This document shows positions 25,905 to 37,665 of a stretch of 64,000 nt of DNA, one piece after another. The notes under the pieces were generated by a model. The model worked only from the letters and a program-made list of their open reading frames with translations, was not told where the DNA came from and ran no database searches. The translations under genes were made by a program, and so were the position numbers. Source of the DNA: Chiloscyllium plagiosum (taxonomy: Eukaryota); contig NC_057749.1 of NCBI RefSeq assembly GCF_004010195.1, forward strand, positions 7,673,936 through 7,737,935, read 5' to 3'. Every line of letters starts with the position of its first letter. The first letter of the stretch is position 1.

Positions 25905-26172
25905 TGCACGGTGGCTCAGTGGTTAGCACTGCTGCCTCACAGCACAAGGGACCCAAGTTCAAATCCAGCCTTGGGCAACTGTCTGTGTGGAGTTTGCACA
26001 TTCTCTCTGTCTCTGGTTTCCTCCCACAAAACAAAGGTGTGCAGGTCAGGTGAATTGCCCATAGTGTTAGGTGCATTAGTCCGAGGGAAATGGGTCTGGG
26101 TGGATTATTCTTCAGAGGGTCGGTGTGGACTTGTTGGGCTGAAGGGTCTGTTTCCACACTGTAGGGAATCTA
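25905..26172 (+). mobile_element. HE1-type SINE
   Basis: Head, V-domain and tail. Confidence 0.9.
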
Positions 26173-26889
26173 ATACCTCATGAGGTGGGGCAGATGGTGT
26201 TTGCGGTCAATTTCAAAATGCTTTACTGTGGGAATATGCCTCAGCACTTATGTATAATGTAAAGGTTCTGAGGGCCTTAACATGCACATGATATTGATGT
26301 CTCAGTCTGAGGGTGGAGATAAGGAGCTCTAGTCACCTAAACATGGGAGAGAATTGGGCAAAGGTAACAATTGGGCAAAGGTAATGAAGTACAGTACCTG
26401 AATCTAATTTATTAATTCTTTGGGATATGGGCATTATTGACAAGGCCAGCATTTATCAGCATCTCTTGTTGCCACACCTAAGAGGCTTCTCAGACAATAA
26501 CAGAGCACAAATAAAAGCCAACCATACCAGCATGCCATTGGAGTCACATAGAGGTAGGAGCAGGTGTTTTCCTTTCCTAAAGACAGTGGAGATCCACTCG
26601 GAGGGAACAAATATTTCCAAATCAACTCTGTAACGTTCTAATCCAATCAAGAGTCACCATAATCTTACCAGACTATAGGGGCAGCTCTCTTATTAGAGAG
26701 AGAAGCAACTGGTGGTGATCTTATCTGAGGGCCAACAGACCTCAGATGAGGGAAGAGGTTGAGAAGGTGCATCTTTCATGGTAATCTCAAACCGGTGATG
26801 GGAATTGAACCCAGGCTGTTGGCCTCATACAGATGTGTAAATCAACAATCTAGCCAATTGAGCTAAATCGATTCCCCCAGTCAAGAGTA

Positions 26890-27490
26890 GGATATTAATC
26901 CACTGACCCAAGCAATTTTGTGGGGACCCAAATTCAAATCCCATCACAGTAGAGGGTGGAATTTAAATTTAATAAGAGTGAGGGATTGAGAGTCTAGTGA
27001 CAACCATGCTCATGGAATTCCAACAGTGTGGAACCAAGTCATTCAGCCCATCAAGTCAACACTGACCCTCTGAAGAGCATCCTGGCCAGAAACACCACAC
27101 CACCACTCCTCCCTCCCACCCTATCCCTGTAACCCTGTTGTTCCTATGGCATATCCACCTAACCTGCACATATTTGGACTGTAGGATGAAACTAGAGCTA
27201 TTGGAGGAAACCCACGCAGACATGGGAAGGATGTGCAAACTCCACACAGACAGTCGCCCGAGGCGGGAATCAAGCCCAGGTGTCTCCGTCACTGTGAGGC
27301 AGCAGCACTAACCACTGATATACCGTGCTGCCCAAAGCTGGGAAAAACCCATCTGGTTCACTAATGAAGGTAATCTGCCATTCCAAACACAGTTTGAGAT
27401 ACAGGCGACATCAGACTTGCAGAAATGTATTAATTGCACTCTGGGTAAATTTGGGATGGGCAATAAATGCTGGCCTAGCCAGTTACACAA
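26890..27490. mobile_element. SINE family 2 (+) interrupted by HE1-type SINE (-, ~27015-27333)
   Basis: Family 2 resumes at ggaaaaacccatctggttcactaatg (~27341). Confidence 0.8.
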
Positions 27491-27581
27491 AGATCAGATT
27501 TTAAGAAAAAGTTATTTAATGCTATCCTCTTCTGTAGATACTCCCGAGTAGTGTATCCTCGACCAATTATCACTAGACACA

Positions 27582-28486
27582 GGAAACAATGAGGACTGCA
27601 GATGCTGGAGATCAGAGTCAAAGAGTGTTGGTGCTAGAAAAGCACAGCTGGTCAGGCAGCATCTGAGGAGCAGGAGAATCAACGTTTTGAGCATAAGTTC
27701 TTCATCAGGAATGAGGGTGTGGCCCAAGAGGGCTGAGAGATAAATGGGAGGGGGGTAGGGCTGGGGGAAAGGTAGCTAGGAGTGTGATAGGGAGGTGTAG
27801 TTAGAAGGTGATGGTGATAGGTTGGAATGGAGGGTGGAGTGGATAGGTGGGAAGGAAGATGGACAAGTAGGACAGTTCAAGAGGGCGGTGCCGAGTTGGA
27901 GGGTTGGCTCTGGGATAAGGTGGTTGGAGGGGAAATGAGGAAACTGGTGATATCTACATTTACCCCGTATGGTTGGATGGTCTCAAGGCGGAAGAGGAGG
28001 CGTTCTTCCTCCAGGGTCAGGGGGCTCAGGTTTGGCAGTGGAGGAGGCCCAGTACTTGCATGTCCTTGGCAGAGTGGGAGGAGGAGTTAAAGTGTTCGGC
28101 CACAGGGCGGTGGGGTTGTTTAGTGCATGTGTCCCGGAGATATTCCATCAATGTAGATTTCACCATTTTCCTCATTTCCCCTCCCCCAACCTTATCCCAG
28201 ATCCACTCTTCCAACTCAGCGCAGCCCTTTTGAACTGTCTTCCCTGTCCATTTTCCTTCCCACCTATCCGCTCCACCCTGCTCTCCAACCTATCACTATC
28301 ACCCCTCACCTTCATCTACCTATCACATTCCCAGTCTCCTTCCCCCCAGCCTCACACTCCGTCCCATTTATCTCTCAGCCCCCTTGGGCCACCCCCTCAT
28401 TCCTGATGAAGGGCTTACGCCTGAAATGTCGACTCTCCTGCTCCTCGAATGCTGCCTGACTGGCTGTGCTTTTCCAGCACCACACT
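27582..28486 (-). mobile_element. Penelope-like element (family A-related), 5'-truncated with inverted copy of its 3' end; GIY-YIG endonuclease C-terminal remnant
   Basis: Minus strand reads YLRDTCTKQPHRPVAEHFNSSSHSAKDMQVLGLLHCQT then EEERLLFRLETIQPYGVNVD; inverted arm from ~28145; 15-bp TSD ttatcactaga(c/t)aca at 27567-27581 and 28487-28501. Confidence 0.9.
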
Positions 28487-28762
28487 TTATCACTAGATAC
28501 ACCCAAGATAGAGCATAGACAAAGGAGGATTGGTAACAGCCTGTTCTGTCAAACAGCCCTTACTGTGTACCACAGACTGGTAGCAGTATGCCTGAGGTAC
28601 CAGGACTAATCAAATGGGAAATACTACAGGAACACTACCATCTCTCATCCTCTTGTTGTGCAAGACACTATTTAAACATCAGTCTTTTTTCTCTGAAATG
28701 TCAAAGTTTAATTTCTACTTTTCAAATCAATTGTCAGATTCTCAGTGACACTGTATTGTTTG

Positions 28763-30006
28763 ATGAAATGCAAATACTTCCCCGTGTCAGTCTTAACTGC
28801 ATTTAAAAGCCTTCCTCCTGTTTACACAATGTTGCTTCCTACTTAAATTTAATCAAATATTCAGTCAAACCCAACAGATAGGACAGTTTGAGTGAGGGAA
28901 ATAATACAAATGTGTTTCAGTGTTTTGTCTGTCGCTCGGAGACTCTGGGCCTTGAAACCCACAGGTCTCGGTATAACCCAGGAACACTGTGTCTCTGGGT
29001 TTTATAGAAGCTTATGGAGCGAAGTGGACTATGTGAGATTTGTGGTAGACACTAGTGAGGAATCCAATCGTTTATGCATTAGCTGAGTGATGAGACGTGT
29101 TTCTTGCTAGGTCGTGGTGAGTTGCAAATTAAAAGGGATTAGAACTTAATGAATACCTTTATGAACCATGCAACCTCACCTCATTAATATTCAGCTACCA
29201 AATATATTGACCAGCTAGAGACTGAAAATGGAGGTGAGACAGTGGCTCAGTGGACAGTGTTGCTGCCGCACAGCGCCAGGGTCCCGGGTTCGATTCCACC
29301 CTCGGGTGACTGTCTGTGTGGAATTTGCACGTTCTCCCTGTGTCTGTGGGGATCTGTATGCCAACACTGGATGCATCCCAAGGCTGCTTGCTACCCACAT
29401 GGTCCCTGCTGGCATGCCTTGCTGTGTCATGCCAAGCCTGTAGCACTTCAGTCAGAGCTGCAGGCTATCAGTGCTGCTGCATTGATGTGCTGTTTGGCAC
29501 AGACTCATGCACAGTTAGCTTGCTATGTTTGTGGCATGGTGGAGGTATGCTGCCTTTATGAATGCCACAGCGTGTCGACACAAGCTCCATGCGTCCTAGG
29601 GTCACTAGGGCAGGATCTGTAGGAGTGGGATTCCAAACCCTCCTGGTGGCTGTGAAGGGGATAGTCACTCTGAACATCTATGCAATTGATTCCCTGATGA
29701 GACCAATGTATGACTTGTGTGGGATCTCTTAGTCATGCACTCACAAATGCATCAGGACAATAACCGATTTTATCAGTGCAAGGTCACGTTGGTCTGTTTA
29801 GTTCCTCCATCTGTTTGTGGGTCCCAATGCTTTACAAGGCTGGTTACTTGTATGAAATGCAAATACTTCCCCGTGTCAGTCTTAACTGCATTTAAAAGCC
29901 TTCCTCCTGTTTACACAATGTTGCTTCCTACTTAAATTTAATCAAATATTCAGTCAAACCCAACAGATAGGACAGTTTGAGTGAGGGAAATAATACAAAT
30001 GTGTTT
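28763..30006 (+). repeat. Identical 155-bp direct repeat (28763-28917 and 29852-30006)
   Basis: Base-by-base comparison shows no mismatch; offset 1089. Confidence 0.95.
29235..29352 (+). mobile_element. HE1-type SINE 5' fragment
   Basis: gtggctcagtgg...gggttcgattcc...tgtggaatttgcacgttctccc. Confidence 0.85.
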
Positions 30007-30079
30007 GTATTAGGGGCTACCAACTCATGACAACAATGCAAAAACCCACCCGCCACCTCCAACTAACAGGAGCGCAGAT

Positions 30080-30630
30080 ACAATTAAATTACTATTGCCA
30101 TTGAAGGAGTGCAGTAACAGTTAACCAGTTTTGTTCTTGGGATAGCAGGACAGTCCTATGAAAAGAGTGGGAAAAATGGGTCTGGATTCTCTAAAATTTT
30201 GAAGACTGAGAGGTGATCACATTGAAACCTGAAGGGATAGACAGGGTAGGTGCAGGTACGATGTTTCCCCTGATTGGGGAGTCCAGAATTAGGGGATACT
30301 ATTTAGGACTCAGATGTGGAGAATTCTTTTTTATTCATTGAATCCTTAGAACCCACTACCCCAGAGCACTGTAGACACTCAGTATTTGATTATGTTTAAA
30401 GTGGTGATTGATAGATTTCTGATTGGCGTAAATTGTTATGGGGATGTGGTAACATTGAAATGTTCAATCGGTCATGACCACAATAAATAGTCAGTACACA
30501 AGCAGGAGGCTGGGAGAACACAGCAAACTGGGAGGCATCAGGTGTTGGAGAAGTTGATGTTTCGAATGTATCCCTTATTCAGGACCCTGAGCAGGCTGAA
30601 TGGCTTGCCCCTGTTCCTATTTCCCGATAT
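30080..30630 (+). mobile_element. Degenerate CR1 3' region with a PLE-like fragment (~30500-30590) inside
   Basis: gaagactgagaggtgat.acattgaaac motif and CR1 tail. Confidence 0.7.
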
Positions 30631-31534
30631 AAACTTTATTGTGAAATGCTTTGGAGTGTTGAGCCAGCATATGGCATATTAACAAATCACTTTCTTTCTC
30701 TTTTCCATATTGTGTTCTCAGCAGCATTGTTGACAATTTGTTCCTCCCTTTCACTTTGTCCCCTCACCTTTTAAAGATAACACAGCAGGTTCTGCTACAA
30801 AGTAAGGATTTTTTTCAACCCAGCTGGCGAAAGCTTAATGGAGATAAGAGGTTAGCTTTAAAAGCTTTCCCTCCACATAGAGTTGTTGGTTCAAATCTGG
30901 AGAGGAATAGTTTAACAACTATCTCTTCCTCAAACCTGCAAAGAACAATTATATTGCTTTCGCCCAATCATTTGAAGAACGTTTTATCTCTCTTCGTGGA
31001 AGTTAAGAGTTCTTCTTAACCTAACACACCGCAGTCAGTAGCAATTTTGTCCTTGGCACCAAAGATGATTGCTTGTCAGCCTTGACACTTCAATGTGACG
31101 CGAATGGGAATAATTCTAAAATTGAAACCAAGTGGTCAGTACATCTCTGCCTTGCAATCCAATTCTTTCTTTGCATTTTAAACATCAATTGATGTTTGAT
31201 ATTCTCTGCATCGAGATGCTAGGACAAGGAATTCCATTTATAGAACTGTCTAGTTTGTTCTTAGAAATAAAGGGAGAGCTTTATTATTTAAAGAAAACCT
31301 CTCTCTTAGTATGGGCATCACCGACAGGGACAGTATCTGTTGTCCAGTTGTACTTGCACCGGAGGTAGAGATGGTGAACTGCCTCCTTGAACTGCTGCAG
31401 TCTAAAAGGGTCACATGATATGCATGGTGCTGTGACGAATGCTAGGGTTTTGGTCCAGTGACAGCGATATCATTTTGTGCTGGGATGGCACTGCAGGGGT
31501 TGAAATTCCACTTGCAGGTCAAGCTTCAGCTGTT

Positions 31535-31803
31535 TCATAGAATCCCTACAGTTTGGAAGCATGCCATTCAGTCCACATCAGCCCTCCAAAGAGCATCCCA
31601 CCCAGAACCCTCCCCTCTGTCTGTAGCCCTGCATTTCCCATGGCCAATCCACCTAACCTGCACATCTTTGGACTGTTGGAGGAAACTGGAGCACTTGGGG
31701 GAAACCCACGCAGACACCGGGAGAATATATAGATTGTTCATCTGAGGCCAGAATCGAACTTGGGTCCCTGGCGCTGTGAGGCTAACCACTGAGCCACCAT
31801 GAC
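31535..31803 (-). mobile_element. HE1-type SINE
   Basis: catagaatccctacagt tail; ccatggccaatccacctaacctgcacatctttggac. Confidence 0.85.
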
Positions 31804-31851
31804 GCTCTTTAGCTTGTCCTCTGCTCCAGCAGGTAATTCAGAATAGCACAC

Positions 31852-33031
31852 TGTTATGGACCACACTAAACACCACCACCACCCCCCACCCCCCACCTCA
31901 AATGTATTCAGAAGGTAGCCTCGACTCTAACTTCTTCTTATTTTAGAGGTAAGTGTAAGGCATTGCATTCCAGATGCAACTCGATTGGTCAAACTAACAG
32001 GCACTTGCATACTTATCATCAACCTGAGCTACAGATCTTCTCAAAAATCATTAACACTTTATTCATACACTATAGTTAAAAGACAACAAAAGAAAAACAA
32101 AATTGGAATAACTTAACTCCAATGGAAAACTGAACAGGAAAATAATCTTATAGGAAGGATGTTGTGAAATTTGAACGTGTTCAGAAAAGATTTACAAGGA
32201 TGTTGCCAAGGTTGGAGGGTTTGAGCTATAAGGAGAGGTTGACTAGGCTGGGGCTGTTTTCCCTGGAGTGTCGGAGGCTGAGGTGTGACCTTATAGAGGT
32301 TTATAAAATCATGAGGTGCATTGAAAGAGTAAATAGACAAGGTTTTTTACCCAGGGTGGGGGAGTCCAGAACTAGAGGGCATAGGTTTAGGGTGAGAGGG
32401 GAATGATTTAAAATGGGCAACTTTTTCACACAGAGGGTGGTGCGTGTATGGAATGAATTGCCAGAGAAAGTGGTGAATGCTGATACAATTTAAAAGGCAT
32501 CTGGATGGGTATATGAATAGGAAAGGGTTTAGCAGGATATGGACCAAGTGCTGGCAGATGACAATAGATTAATTCAGGATATTTGGTTGGCATGGACAAG
32601 TTGAATCAAAGGGTCTGTTTGCGTGCTGTACATCTCTATGACTCTAATAGATTATTTCACTACTAAATAGTAACTGTCCCACGACAGTAACATCCCATAA
32701 ATATACCCTTGGCAAATTCAGAAACCAGGTTATGTCACTTGCAAATCCAGAAGCAGGAAGAGAGCCACCAGCCTTTAGCTGTAACCAAGAGAAGGAAAAA
32801 AATGTTTTCACATCTTCAACAACTGCTGATAGCTAAGACTAAAAGCCCTGGTTCTGTGGGAGCATGACCACACCCAGTCAGGCTGCCTCTATAGTTCCAA
32901 CGTTTTAACAAAAAAAACCCCAAGGCCTCCCAAACTGTTCATGAGTTTTTGATAGACAGCTCGGTGCCTCTGCTTTAAAACCTCTCTTGAAAAAACCAAT
33001 AGGATAAAATACACCTCTTCAATCCATAATA
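31852..33031 (-). mobile_element. Probable solo LTR interrupted by a CR1
   Basis: Ends tgttatgga...tccataata; same start as the LTR at 47653; minus-strand AATAAA near 32060; no clear TSD. Confidence 0.5.
32145..32646 (+). mobile_element. CR1 (HER1-like) LINE 3' fragment
   Basis: ERVQKRFTRMLPRLEGLSYKERLTRLGLFSLECRRLRCDLIEVYKIM; tctatgactcta end. Confidence 0.92.
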
Positions 33032-33399
33032 CTGACACAACCCCCAGTACAGTACTGAAGGAATGCTGCATTATCAGAGGTGCTATCTTACAGGAGGGCT
33101 CTGGAACAGGTTTAAAGGGGCCAAATGTTCCTCCTCCTGGTTTCATATGCTAAATCCAGGCTGAGTCAATTCGCTCTGATGGATTGCAATAACTGCAGCA
33201 ATATTTTGAAGATCAGGGGAATCCTACCTGCTGTTCCAGTCAATTTTTACCCTTCATACAACACCACAGAAGAGACAATCTGAAAATGGATCTGGCTGCT
33301 GTTTGTGGGATCTTGCTGGGTGTAAATAGGTGTCACATTACCTACATTACAACAGTGACTGTAAGCTTTAAAGCACGAGGATATCATTAGCTGAAAGGA

Positions 33400-33870
33400 A
33401 CTTTGAAATATCGACATCCTGAAAAGGCCTGTTGATGTTGGGGTGCACTTAGTGAGTTTGCTGCACAGTATCTTGTAGATTGCACATGCTGCTTCCCCAG
33501 GCGGAGGAAGGGCATGTTGAAGTTGGTGGGTAGGCTGTCTGTTAAAAGGGTTGCTTTGTGCCAGATGGTGTTGAGCTTTTTGAGTGTTTTCGGAACTGCA
33601 CTCAGCCGGGCAATTAGGGAGTGTTGCATCACACTCCTGACTTGCACTTTTGTAGATGGTTGTCAGGATTCAGGAATTCAGGAAATGAGTTACTTGCCCT
33701 TGTAGACCACTGGATTTAGATGACTGGTTCAGTTCCATTTCTGGTCAATGGCAGCCCTACAGCATGCTGATTAGTGGGGGATTCAGCGATGACCATGCTG
33801 TTGGATGACAATGAGAGATGATTAGATTGTCTTGTCTTGGAGATAGTCATTGTCTGCCAATTGCTCATTT
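33400..33870 (-). mobile_element. CR1/L2-group LINE family 2 remnant
   Basis: QVRSVMQHSLIARLSAVPKTLKKLNTI (ORF 33387-33647). Confidence 0.75.
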
Positions 33871-34950
33871 TCAGAGCACTTCTCTGTTTTTGATCAATTT
33901 TACAGAGAATAATTGGTGCATATTATATCTTGAACTTGTTCCAAAAGCTTGCGGGGATCAGAGATGAATGGTCCATATTTTGATATTTCTTTGCTGTTCT
34001 GATTTCACAAGCGATATCATGGCTTTGGGAATAGAAGGAGGAGACAGTGCACTAAGTCTGTATGGACTGATGGTTTGTCCATCTTTCTATGGATCAAGTT
34101 TAACAGACTACTTCCTTCCCTATCCAATAATTTGTGTAGTGTTTATTTTCTGCATTAATAACTTCTTTCCAGTTTACATCTTTGAGATTAGTCTCTACTC
34201 TTGTCACAACATGTGTTAAAGATTTTGAATTGCTCCAATGTCATGCGGGTCCGTTCATATGTGATGTATTTAAACAAACTAACTTCAAAAAGTGATGCAC
34301 TTTCTTGTGCTAGCTTACAATGCCAATTATATGTGTCCTTGAAATTACAAAGCAGACTTCTCAAATATGGTCTCATCCCGTTTTCATGCAAACTCTGTTA
34401 TGAAGCTAATGGGCCTTCGCTTCCAACCTTCTCAGGTTTGATTTTTGTGCTGCATTGTGGGGTATTCACAATTACATGTACCTCATTATGCCAGACAATG
34501 AGGTTAGATCCCAAGGATGATGCTGTAATTAAGTAGTAGTGAGGAGCCGACTGAAAGGATGAGTATCCGTGGGAGTAAATATCACAAACGCTGAGCATTT
34601 TTTTTTCCTGGATCACCCGATATATAGAATAAATTTTATTAAAAGAAGTAAATTGACAGTGTCTGGTTTGTCACCATTTTGTCAGTGTTCTTACTTCTTC
34701 ACAGCTTCTGATAATCGTGTGAAGACCATTGTTTGACTATCTTCTTCAATAATCAAAGACAATTTGCTGAAAAGCTTTCTTCCAAGAATATCACATGAAT
34801 TTGCATTGTTGCTTTCAAAACCACTCAACCAAAATAGATTGTGATGGTCTGGAAGAGACACTTAGAAAACACGTGGACACGAAGACTTGAAGAAGACAGA
34901 GTAATGTTTATTTACTATAACTATAAATCTTTACCTGGTGTTAGGTGATA

Positions 34951-35712
34951 AAACATAGAACATAGAACATTGAACAATACAGTGCAGAACAGGCCCTTCG
35001 GCCCTCAAAGTTGCGCCGACCTGTGAACTATTCTCAGCTCGTCCCCCTACACTATCCCAAAATCATCCATGTGCTTATCTAAGGATTGTTTAAATCTCCC
35101 TAATGCAGCTGAGTTGACTACATTAGCAGGTAGGGCATTCCACACCCTTACCACTCTCTGCGTAAAGAACTTGCCTCTGACATCTGTCTTAAATCTATCA
35201 CCCTTCAATTTGTAGTTATACCCTCTCACACAAGCTGACGTCATCATCGTAGGAAAAAGTCTTTCACTGTCTACCCTATCTAATCGTCTGATCATCTTGT
35301 ATGTCTCTATCAAATCCGTCCTTAGCCTTCTTCTTTCCAATGAGAACTGACCCAAGTCTCTCAGCCTTTCCTCATAAGACCATCTCTCCAGACCAGGCAA
35401 TATCCTGGTAAATCTCCTCTGCACCTTTTACAATGCTTTCACATCCTTCCTGTAATGGGGCGACCAGAACTGTACACAATATTCCAAGTGTGGCCGCACC
35501 AGCATTTTGTATAGTTGCAGCATGATATTGTGGTTCCAGAACTCAATTCCTCTACAAATGAAACCTAACACAACGTAGCCTTCTTAACAGCACTATCCAC
35601 CTGGGTGACAACTTTCAAGGATCTATGCACATGGACTCCAAGATACCTCTGCACATCCACACTACCAAGAATCTTTCCATTGGCCCAGTACTCTGTCATC
35701 CTGTTATTCTTC
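34951..35712 (-). mobile_element. CR1 LINE 3' fragment, relatively well preserved
   Basis: ORF 35047-35424 QRRFTRILPGL...RRRLRTDLIETYK...FFTQRVVRVWNALP; (ttctatg)n tail. Confidence 0.92.
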
Positions 35713-35789
35713 CCACCTCCATAATCATGCATTATAGTGTGAAGTTTAATAAATAACATTATTTCAAAGAATAAGTCTAAAGATTAACT

Positions 35790-36120
35790 TTTGACTTGCC
35801 TTCTCTTGTTTGAAAACACATACCAACAGACTCAAGAATAGCTTCTTCTCTGCTGTTATCAGACATTTGAATGGAACTCTCATATATTCGAGTTGATCTT
35901 TCTCTGCAACTTCTCTGTAGCCGTAACACTATATCAAACTCCAACGAATACAATCCCAGTATCCTCAGCCGTTCCTCATATGTTAGCCGTAACACTATAT
36001 CTTACATTCTGTTGTATTATCCTGATGTACTTATGTAAGATATGATTTGTCTGGATAGCTTGCAAAACAATATTTTTCACTGTATCTCAGAACGTGACAA
36101 TAATAAATCAAACCAAATAA
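35790..36120 (+). mobile_element. Rex1/Babar LINE 3' end with a 48-bp CR1-derived insert
   Basis: cataccaacagactcaagaatagcttc...aataaatcaaa tail homologous to 42640-42866. Confidence 0.75.
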
Positions 36121-36296
36121 AAAACAGATGAAATTATCCTTCCATTCTGTGTGCAAAGTGACTGACAGAATTTTGCACCCAATCAACATTGCAGTTGTAC
36201 CAACCTGCATAGCATGATGTATACTCTGGTAGGTGAATGTCAATAAACTTTGTTAGCACACAGCTAAATATAAGAGAGACATTAATCTGGAAACTT

Positions 36297-36690
36297 ATAG
36301 AGTCATAGAGATGTACAGCATGGAAACAGACCCTTCGGTCCAACCTGTCCTTGCCGACCAGATATCCCAACCCAATCTGGTCTCACCTGCCAGCACCCAG
36401 CCCATATCCCTCCAAACCCTTCCTATTCATATACCCATCCAAATGCCTCTTAAATGTTGCAATTGTACCAGCCTCCACCACTTCCTCTGGCAGCTCATTC
36501 CATATACGTACCACCATCTGTGTGAAAATGTTGCCCCTTAGGTCTCTTTTATATCTTTCTCCTCTCACCCTAAACCTATGCCCTCTAGTTCTGGGCTCCT
36601 CCAACCCAGGGAAAAGACTTTGTCTATTTATCCTATCCGTGCCTCTCATAATTTTGTAAACCTCTATATGGTTACCCATCAGCCTCCTAT
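36297..36690 (-). mobile_element. CR1 (HER1-like) LINE 3' fragment
   Basis: ORF 36383-36679 IEVYKIMRG...FTQMVVRIWNELPEEVVEAGTIATFKRHLD. Confidence 0.92.
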
Positions 36691-36864
36691 CCAGATGTAA
36701 AAGCCTGAATCTGTATTACAACAAAAATAATCCTTTTTCACATACTCAGTAGATATTCCTGGAGGAAGGATAATCCTGTTCTACAACCTGTCCACATAGC
36801 ATCAGTGATTATACTTATTCCGTGTGTTTCAAAAATGATTTGAATGCTGCATTTCCACAAGCTG

Positions 36865-37665
36865 GAGGTTGGTTGAGCTCAGTTGGTTAGACAGCTAGTT
36901 TGCAGTGCAGAGTGATGTCAATAGCTTGGGTTGAATTGCCAGACCAACTGAGGTTACCACAAAAGACTTTCCTTCTCAACCACTCCCCTCACCTGACTCG
37001 TAGGATCCCTACAGTGTGTAAGCAGGCCATTTAGCTCAGCAAGTCCACACTGACCCTCTGAAGAGCATTCTTCCCAGACCCACCCCATCCCTGTAAACCT
37101 GCATTTCCCATGGCCAATCCACCTCGCCTGCACATCTTGGGGCTGTTAGAGGAAATCCACACAGACACAGGGAGAATGTGCAAACTCTACGGGACAGTGG
37201 CTCAGTGATTAACACTGCTGCCTCACAGCACCAGGGATCGAGGTTTGATTCCAGCCTTGGGTGACTGTCTGTGGGGAGATTCCACATTCTCCCTGTTTTT
37301 GCGTGGGTTTCATCCCATAATCCAAAGATGTGCAGGTCAGGTGAATTGGCCATGCTAAATTGCCCATAGTGTTAGGTGCATTAGGGAAGGGTAAATATAG
37401 GGTAAGGGAATGGGTCTGGGTGGGCTGCTTTTCAGAGGGTCAGTATGGACTTGTTAGGCTGAAGGGCCTGTTTCCATACTGTGGGGAATCTAATCTAATC
37501 TACACAGACAGTAGCCTAAGGGTGCAATTGAAACCAGGTCTCTGGTACCACTGAACCACCATGCTTGCCCAATGTCACAGTGACCCTCAGGTTAAACCTC
37601 CACCAGTTGTCTATCTTCGAGGAGAAACCAACCCTATAGTCTGCTTGGACAATGATGATTTTACC
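36865..37665. mobile_element. Triple nest: HE1 (+, ~37191-37500) inside HE1 (-, ~37000-37570) inside SINE family 3 (+)
   Basis: Each host resumes in register after its insert. Confidence 0.8.

Noticed and set aside
26352..26384. 17-bp tandem duplication aattgggcaaaggtaa(c)
   Set aside because: Ordinary slippage duplication with no further structure.
34695..34848. Minus-strand exon-like segment (tctcttccAG...AA|gtaaga) with an open frame HHNLFWLSGFESNN...
   Set aside because: The acceptor appears to lie in the end of an LTR-like fragment (34840-34950), the donor context is weak and the peptide is unrecognised.
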